This document shows positions 58,065 to 64,000 of a stretch of DNA of 64,000 nucleotides, in pieces. Source of the stretch: an uncultured Eubacteriales bacterium (lineage in GTDB: Bacteria > Bacillota > Clostridia > Christensenellales > CAG-917); the NCBI GenBank assembly GCA_900548005.1, contig URIZ01000009.1:2130-66129 (forward strand). Direction: 5' to 3'. The notes under the pieces were generated by a model, which made no database searches, was not told the origin of the DNA, and worked only from the letters and a program-made list of their open reading frames with translations. The first letter of the stretch is position 1, and each line of letters begins with the position of its first letter. A program made the translations under genes and the position numbers.

Positions 58065-58265
58065 ATTTATATCCTAAAAATTTTATTATCAATAGGAAAT
58101 ATCGCAAGGCTCGCCTTGCATTTTTTTGTGCAATGCCGAAAGCAAAATCACAAGACTTATCCCGCTTTCACGCCATAGCGGCGTGGCATTGCTTTATTGC
58201 GCAAATTTGCACAACGGCACGTTTACACTGCAAAAGCGCAATGATAAACTGCCTTTTGTGCGATT

Positions 58266-58895
58266 TTAGACCATTTTTACAAACTCGTCCGCATCCACGA
58301 GATTGCCGCCAACGTCAACGTATTGAGCAATCTTGCAGATGCCCGTAACGCTCATGTTTTCGCCAAGAATTTTGTTGAGCTTGTCAAGCACTCTGTCGGG
58401 GCGAAGGTTGACCATACCCGATGCCAATCTCATCACGAGATTGCCGTCTTTTTTGTAGGTCGCATAGATTTTGTCCGCCACGTCTTCTGTGACTTTTTCG
58501 CCTTTCTTGGTGTATTCGATGACAAATTCGCCGCCGAGTTCAAAGTCCTTTTGAGTGGGAAAAACATAGTCCGCGCAAGTGACTTTTGCTTGCAAATTCG
58601 GGTTTTTCGAGCAAACGAAAACTTGGCTTGCTTTCAGCCCTTCGGGCACGCTTGCATTGTATTTTTCAAGCACGTCGCCTGGTGCCATATCGCTGTCTAT
58701 GGACAAATATTCCGCCATTGAGGCAACTCCAAGCGCAAGAGGCGGCGAGAAGAACATCAAGGGGTGCGGATTGAACCCTTGCGAAAACTTGACGTCTATG
58801 TGCGCTCTGCGCATCACTCTCTCCATGTGTCGCAAAAGGTCTATGTGAGATATAAAACAAATGCTGTCCGTTTTTTGATATTTTATGACTAACAT
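58266..58895 (-). CDS. radical-SAM-associated DUF2344 (TIGR03936-like) protein
   Basis: FISHIDLLRHMERVMRRA...SQGFNPHP. Start at ATG 58895 after GGGGAG, overlapping the upstream gene end. Confidence 0.8.
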   Translation of the reverse strand: MLVIKYQKTDSICFISHIDLLRHMERVMRRAHIDVKFSQGFNPHPLMFFSPPLALGVASMAEYLSIDSDMAPGDVLEKYNASVPEGLKASQVFVCSKNPNLQAKVTCADYVFPTQKDFELGGEFVIEYTKKGEKVTEDVADKIYATYKKDGNLVMRLASGMVNLRPDRVLDKLNKILGENMSVTGICKIAQYVDVGGNLVDADEFVKMV

Positions 58896-60664
58896 ATCGT
58901 GCATCTCCCCAGTTTGTTTGCGCCGCAACCGTTGCAACCTTCGCGGCAGTTTTTGGTGGTTATGCCCTGATAGGCAAGTTCACGCTGTTTGAGCAGGTAT
59001 TTTTTGCTCACGCCCGAGTCTATAAAATCCCACGGCAAAGCTCTGTCGGTCGGGATCGCGCCGTAGTAGTCTTCCATTTTAAGTCCGCACTCGTCAAACG
59101 CTTTTTGCCATACGTCCCACTTGAAATGCTCCGTCCAGCCGTCAAATTTTGCTCCGAGTTTGTACGCCTTTTCGATGACGTAGGACTGTTTTCTGTCCCC
59201 TCTTGCAAGTGCCGCTTCGAGAACGGACGGTTCTGCTCCGTGCCAGGAAAAGCTCACGCCCTTGATCTCTCTGAGCAGCGAGCGAAGATACGCTTGCTTC
59301 CTCAACATCTCGTCATAGGTGATTTGCGCTTCCCACTGGAAAGGCGTGCAGGGCTTTGGAATAAACACGGCGCAACTGACGGATATATTGAGCCCGCGTT
59401 TGCCGCGCTTTTGGAAGTATAGCCATTTTAGACGTTTGCAAATCTCCGCAATGCCTGCGATGTCTTCGTCCGTTTCGGTGGGAAGTCCCATCATAAAATA
59501 GAGCTTTACGCTGTCGTATCCCGCCTCGAAAGCCACGGAAATTTTGTCTATCTCTTCTTCGCTGACGTTCTTGTTGATGACGTTGCGAAGACGTTGCGTG
59601 CCCGCCTCGGGCGCGAAAGTGAGCGAGCTGCGCCTTGAATTGTTTGCCATATCCGGCTTGAAACTGCTTATGCGCAAAGACGGCAATACAAGGTTGATTT
59701 TGCGTTCTTTGCAATATGGCGTAAGTTCGTTTTCGAGTTCTTCCAGCCCCGTATAGTCGCTTGTTGAGAGCGAGCAAAGGGAAATCTCGTTGAAGCCCGT
59801 GCTTTCCACCATCTCTTTTGCATATTCGGCGCAACGCTTTGCGCTGCGTTCTCTTATCGGGCGATACCAAAATCCCGCTTGGCAAAATCTGCAACCGCTC
59901 GCGCAACCGCGATACAACTCGAGCGTGCATCTGTCGTGCACCGCCTCGATGTTGGAAACAAGCGGACGAGTGGGATACGGTGCGGTCTCGAAGTCGGGAT
60001 ACACCGCCTTGACCACCACTTCGCCGTCCTTGTGCAAAGACGGAACGTATGCGCCTTCCATACCCTTGACCTTTGCGAGAATCTCGGCTTTCGTAAGCCC
60101 CGCGCGCTTGCCTTCGGAGATAACTTTGAGAATGTCGATGTCGGGTTGTTCGCCTTCACCGACGAGAATTATATCGAAAAAGTCCGCAAACGGCTCGGGG
60201 TTGACCGAACAAGGTCCGCCCGCAAGCAAGATTGGATAGGAGTCATCTCTGTCCTTGGCTCTGAAAGGAATCCTTGCCAAATCGAGCATATACAGCACGT
60301 TGGTGTACAACAGCTCGTATCCGACCGAAAAGCCCACCACCGTGAAGTCTTTTAGCGGCTTTCTCGTCTCCAAAGACAAGAGCGGTATGTCGTTGTCAAC
60401 CAGCTTTTTTGCAAGGTCGGGCGCAGGCGCGAAACAACGCTCCGCAACGTATCCGTCCGTCTGATTGACGATGTTGTAGAGAATTTGTATGCCGAGATTG
60501 CTCATGCCGATCTCGTACAATTCGGGAAAACAAAAGACCATATCGCCTATGCGCTCTTTGGTCATATCGGGAGTGTTCCATTCGCCGCCTGCGTATCTTG
60601 CAGGTTTTTCGACGTCTATGAGCAACTCTTGGTATCTTTTCTTGTAATCTTTTTCGTTTGCCAT
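58889..60664 (-). CDS. B12-binding-domain radical SAM protein (TIGR03960-like)
   Basis: VEKPARYAGGEWN N-terminus and CASGCRFCQAG radical SAM motif. The tracked start is TTG 60724; ATG 60664 is preferred. Confidence 0.85.
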   Translation of the reverse strand: MANEKDYKKRYQELLIDVEKPARYAGGEWNTPDMTKERIGDMVFCFPELYEIGMSNLGIQILYNIVNQTDGYVAERCFAPAPDLAKKLVDNDIPLLSLETRKPLKDFTVVGFSVGYELLYTNVLYMLDLARIPFRAKDRDDSYPILLAGGPCSVNPEPFADFFDIILVGEGEQPDIDILKVISEGKRAGLTKAEILAKVKGMEGAYVPSLHKDGEVVVKAVYPDFETAPYPTRPLVSNIEAVHDRCTLELYRGCASGCRFCQAGFWYRPIRERSAKRCAEYAKEMVESTGFNEISLCSLSTSDYTGLEELENELTPYCKERKINLVLPSLRISSFKPDMANNSRRSSLTFAPEAGTQRLRNVINKNVSEEEIDKISVAFEAGYDSVKLYFMMGLPTETDEDIAGIAEICKRLKWLYFQKRGKRGLNISVSCAVFIPKPCTPFQWEAQITYDEMLRKQAYLRSLLREIKGVSFSWHGAEPSVLEAALARGDRKQSYVIEKAYKLGAKFDGWTEHFKWDVWQKAFDECGLKMEDYYGAIPTDRALPWDFIDSGVSKKYLLKQRELAYQGITTKNCREGCNGCGANKLGRCTIC

Positions 60665-60760
60665 TTCAATTCGTTGCGGAAAAATCCGCGTATATCGTGT
60701 GTTTTTGTGTTCAGTTGTTTTCAAGCAATGTCCGAGCGGTCAAAGCGTGTTTTGCGCATT

Positions 60761-61702
60761 TCACATGCAAAGAGCCGCCGCGCCGATGATGCCCGCATCG
60801 TTTTTGAGCGTTGCGGCAACCACCTTGATCTTGGGGCTGTACACCGCGCCGTACACGTTGCGAGTGACGTATCTTTGAAGAGGTTTGATGATGTTGTCGC
60901 CCTGATTGGAAATTCCACCGCCGATGATGATCACTTCCGGGAAGAAAATGTTGGCGAAATTGACAAGCCCCACGCCCACGAATTTGATGTATTTTTTCAC
61001 AACCGCCATCGCCACTTTGTCGCCGTTTTGAGCGCAATCGAACACCACTTTGCCGTTGAGCCCGCTTTGCTCCACTTCTTTTGCGAGTTGGCTTTCGGGG
61101 TGTTTTTCGCAAGCGGCTTGAATCTGGTTCATGAGCGCGGTTGCCGACGCATAGGCTTCATAGCATCCCTTTTTGCCACAGCCGCAAGTCGCTCCACCGA
61201 GATTTATGGTGATATGTCCGCCTTCTCCGCCTGCCGAGCGATTGCCCGTGATAAGCTGACCGTTTGCGACAATGCCCGTTCCGACGCCCGTTCCGAGCGT
61301 CACCATGACGGAGTTCTTTGCGCCGTTGCCCGCGCCGAAAAGCGTTTCGCCGAGTGCCGCGCAGTTTGCATCGTTTGAAAGGCGCACTTTCTTGATGCCC
61401 GTCTTCTCTTCGATCATCTTTGCCATCGGAGTGTTGCGGAAATTGATGTTGCAAGAATAACGCACGATGCCCTTCTCGTCATAAATCGAGCCGGGACAGC
61501 CTATGCCAACGCCTTGGATCTCTTCGCCGTCCGCGCCGTTTTGCACAAGCTCGTTCACAAGGGACGCAATGTCGTCCACAATGAGCCTGTCTTCTTTCCC
61601 AGGTGCGGTAACAATGGATTTTTTGTAAAGAATGTTGCCTTTTTCGTCAACGATGCCGCCTTTTATGGTCATACCGCCGATGTCAATTCCGACAAATTTC
61701 AT
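60761..61702 (-). CDS. glk: ROK family glucokinase
   Basis: GIDIGGMTIKGG ATP motif and ROK zinc motif GHITI...CGCGKKGCYEAY. Confidence 0.85.
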   Translation of the reverse strand: MKFVGIDIGGMTIKGGIVDEKGNILYKKSIVTAPGKEDRLIVDDIASLVNELVQNGADGEEIQGVGIGCPGSIYDEKGIVRYSCNINFRNTPMAKMIEEKTGIKKVRLSNDANCAALGETLFGAGNGAKNSVMVTLGTGVGTGIVANGQLITGNRSAGGEGGHITINLGGATCGCGKKGCYEAYASATALMNQIQAACEKHPESQLAKEVEQSGLNGKVVFDCAQNGDKVAMAVVKKYIKFVGVGLVNFANIFFPEVIIIGGGISNQGDNIIKPLQRYVTRNVYGAVYSPKIKVVAATLKNDAGIIGAAALCM

Positions 61703-61777
61703 AAAACCACCATCAAAGTCTTATAGACTTTGCCTAAAATGTCATTGCAATTATTTTACTAGATAGGCAAAAAATTG

Positions 61778-62644
61778 TCAATTCATATCGCCCCTGCCGA
61801 GCGAATTTGCACTTATCGGCGTTTTTTGATCGGTCAAACATTGCCCTATCGGCGTTGAAAGCCGTCTTTTGACGGCGATTGCTCGAAGTTGTTTTTCATC
61901 TATGCTCGCAACGGGTTTTGCGTCTTTGACGATGACAAAGCGAGTGTTTTGCGTGCTTGACGTGTGATGATAAAGCCGAACGATAGGCGTTTTGCAATCG
62001 ATATAAACCGTCTTTTCCACAACGCCGAGAGAATAGTTTTTGCTTGCCATATCAAGTATGCTCGAATAGGTTTCGTCTTTTGCAGAGAACGTTGCGCCGT
62101 AAAACAAAAACACCGCCATTATGCCGCACATAAAATTCAGCCCGAAAAAAAACGAGCCTATGAAAACGGCAAACAACACAACGCTCACCGCTATACCCGC
62201 AATGCGCAACGCCTTGATCGCTCGCAACCTGTTTTTGCAAAGTCCGAGCACAACCCTGCTTCCGTCAAGCGGATACACGGGGATGAGATTGAAAAGCGCA
62301 AGAGACAAGTTGGCGCGCAAAAACGCAATAGTATACGGATACACGGCAGGAAAAAGCCACCATATCCCAAGCGTTGCAATCGAAAGCGCAAGGTTGGCAA
62401 AAGGTCCTGCCAAGCCTATGAGAACGCTTGACGTTTTGTCAATATGCTCGTCTGTTTGCATCATCGCCCCGTACGGCAAAAGGGATACGCTTTTCACAAC
62501 GTATCCGCGAAGCCTTGCCATAAGCGCATGCGCCGCCTCGTGAAAGGCGAGCGCAACCATTCCCCACACGAAATCAAGCGTATGCCCAAACGCCACAAGC
62601 GCAAGCGCAAGTGAAAAAAACAAGGGATTAACCTTGACTTTCAC
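61778..62644 (-). CDS. M50 site-2 protease, SpoIVFB-like
   Basis: HEAAHAL and NLIPVYPLDGSRV motifs. It lies downstream of minD-minE, as spoIVFB does in Bacillus. GTG start. Confidence 0.7.
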   Translation of the reverse strand: MKVKVNPLFFSLALALVAFGHTLDFVWGMVALAFHEAAHALMARLRGYVVKSVSLLPYGAMMQTDEHIDKTSSVLIGLAGPFANLALSIATLGIWWLFPAVYPYTIAFLRANLSLALFNLIPVYPLDGSRVVLGLCKNRLRAIKALRIAGIAVSVVLFAVFIGSFFFGLNFMCGIMAVFLFYGATFSAKDETYSSILDMASKNYSLGVVEKTVYIDCKTPIVRLYHHTSSTQNTRFVIVKDAKPVASIDEKQLRAIAVKRRLSTPIGQCLTDQKTPISANSLGRGDMN

Positions 62645-62665
62645 AGGGATAAACCGCCGTTTCGG

Positions 62666-62905
62666 TTATATAAGCGTGATATGGTTGGACATTCCCACAA
62701 GCGTTTGGACAAGCGCGGTCGCCTTGAAAATGCCCGCAAACAAAAATCCGAGCGACACGAAAACACCGATCGCAACGGGGATTATCGCAACGTCAAGAGC
62801 GTCAAGCGTACCGAATTTTTTCTTGCGTTTCGTGTTGATTTGATTGTCAACGTATTGGTTTTGAGAGATCTCAACTTCAAGTTTTTTGGTTTCGTCATAT
62901 TGCAT
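62666..62905 (-). CDS. small membrane protein of unknown function
   Basis: ATG 62905 after GAGGTGG. One or two TM helices after a basic KRKKK segment. Confidence 0.4.
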   Translation of the reverse strand: MQYDETKKLEVEISQNQYVDNQINTKRKKKFGTLDALDVAIIPVAIGVFVSLGFLFAGIFKATALVQTLVGMSNHITLI

Positions 62906-62954
62906 ATTCACCACCTCGATAAACTCTATTCATGGCGTGTGAAGTTTAGAACGC

Positions 62955-63206
62955 TCACACTCTTTTTGTGTCGAGAGTTGTGGCAAAGTTCCTTATTCTA
63001 TTTGCGCTTGCCGTCACGTTCACAGAATATTTGCCGTCCCCTTCTTGGCGCAAAGAGATTTGCACTTCGCCGTCCAAATCGAAAAAATCGCGCAACACGT
63101 GCGTTATATCTCCCTTCATCGCCGCGGCAAATCCGTCCGTCAGCCCCACTTTATCGCGCGTGAGCATATCGCGCATCCTTTCTGCAACGCTTGTTGAAAT
63201 CTTCAT
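62955..63206 (-). CDS. minE: cell division topological specificity factor MinE
   Basis: ATG 63206 overlaps the minD stop (ATGA). AERMRDMLTRDKV...ITHVLRDFFDLDGEVQISL fits the MinE pattern. Confidence 0.7.
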   Translation of the reverse strand: MKISTSVAERMRDMLTRDKVGLTDGFAAAMKGDITHVLRDFFDLDGEVQISLRQEGDGKYSVNVTASANRIRNFATTLDTKRV

Positions 63207-63952
63207 CTGAATCTCCAAAATCTGCGTCTTGCGCTGACGTCCACAAATCGCTTGCTGTTTTGCGCAACGTTCTTTGCAAGCACTTCAAAAGCTCTCTCGC
63301 TTTGCGCCCTGTCGGGTATCACGCCGAGCTGCTGATACATGGTGATGAAATCGTCTTCGGGGATCACGCCGATGGGCAACGTGTGCAACAGCGAGCTTAT
63401 CTCGCTTGCCGACAACATCTCGCCCCTTGCCACCATATCCGCGCGCACTCGATTGATGACAAGCGACACGTCTTTTAGACGATAGCTTGCAAGCAGCGAC
63501 ACAACCTTGTCTGCATCACGTATGGCGGATGCCGACGGCGTGGTGACCACAATCGCCTCGTCGCACGCGCTCACCGCCCTGTGAAATCCGCTCTCTATCC
63601 CCGCAGGACAGTCTACAATCACAAAATCGAACTCGAAAAAGCCGTCCACGATACCGCGGAAAGCCTGCGCTGTGATGAGCGTACTATCCCTTGATGACGG
63701 CAACACTCGCATAGGACTTTCGCCGTCCTGCACAAGAGCTTGAAACGCTCGACACCGCCCTGCTAGCACGTCGCCGATGTCATACACCACTCGCCGCTCT
63801 ATGCCAGTCACAACGTCAAGATTGTTGAGCCCCACGTCACCGTCCACAAGCACCACTTTGTAGCCTTGCAAAGCAAGTTTTCTGCCGAGCGTTGCGGTGA
63901 CGGTGGTCTTGCCCACTCCGCCCTTGCCCGACGTAACAACGATTTTTCTCAT
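63203..63952 (-). CDS. minD: septum site-determining ATPase MinD
   Basis: VTSGKGGVGKTT deviant Walker A and DCPAG switch. Start at ATG 63952. Confidence 0.92.
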   Translation of the reverse strand: MRKIVVTSGKGGVGKTTVTATLGRKLALQGYKVVLVDGDVGLNNLDVVTGIERRVVYDIGDVLAGRCRAFQALVQDGESPMRVLPSSRDSTLITAQAFRGIVDGFFEFDFVIVDCPAGIESGFHRAVSACDEAIVVTTPSASAIRDADKVVSLLASYRLKDVSLVINRVRADMVARGEMLSASEISSLLHTLPIGVIPEDDFITMYQQLGVIPDRAQSERAFEVLAKNVAQNSKRFVDVSARRRFWRFR

Positions 63953-64000
63953 ACTCTCATGATAAAAAACAATGAGCCGCAAATGCTGTAAAGTTATGTA

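Overview
This 64-kb chromosomal window looks like a Clostridia-type Firmicute. I infer that from a SCIFF peptide/maturase pair, a SpoIVFB-like M50 protease next to minD-minE, CdaA, Rex, and THF and TPP riboswitches. No database search was possible. Most content is housekeeping and lies on the minus strand. It includes thiamine salvage (thiN; TPP riboswitch plus an extended ThiT) and a THF-riboswitch-led folate operon (folC-folE-folP-folB/K). It also includes TrkAH, a membrane-anchored Cys-type sulfatase, HU, a fused MacB-type ABC transporter, dtd, LMW-PTP, tcdA, uvrBA, lysC, DUF1015 and cdaA. Further genes are holA, an amino-acid ABC system, rex, ybaK, scfA/scfB, a PLP decarboxylase, RNase G with its two radical-SAM partners, a ROK glucokinase, and the SpoIVFB-like/minE/minD block. 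I saw no rRNA, tRNA, CRISPR array, transposase, integrase or obvious phage or defence gene. The most unusual content is non-coding. A family of about 125-135-nt imperfect-palindrome (ERIC/MITE-like) elements sits 0-3 nt from the stop codons of four minus-strand genes, always in the same orientation. Their basal stems incorporate the host stop codon, and their helices differ between copies by paired changes. One locus holds a six-unit array (21.2-21.8 kb). One copy has a 63-nt apical insertion beside a truncated gene (43.6 kb). One appears to enclose a roughly 470-nt ORF-free, highly structured segment (35.8-36.3 kb) that I could not assign to any RNA class by eye. Secondary observations include an unannotated 48-aa SCIFF precursor behind a consensus promoter, several atypical domain architectures, and four repeat-bearing intergenic regions.
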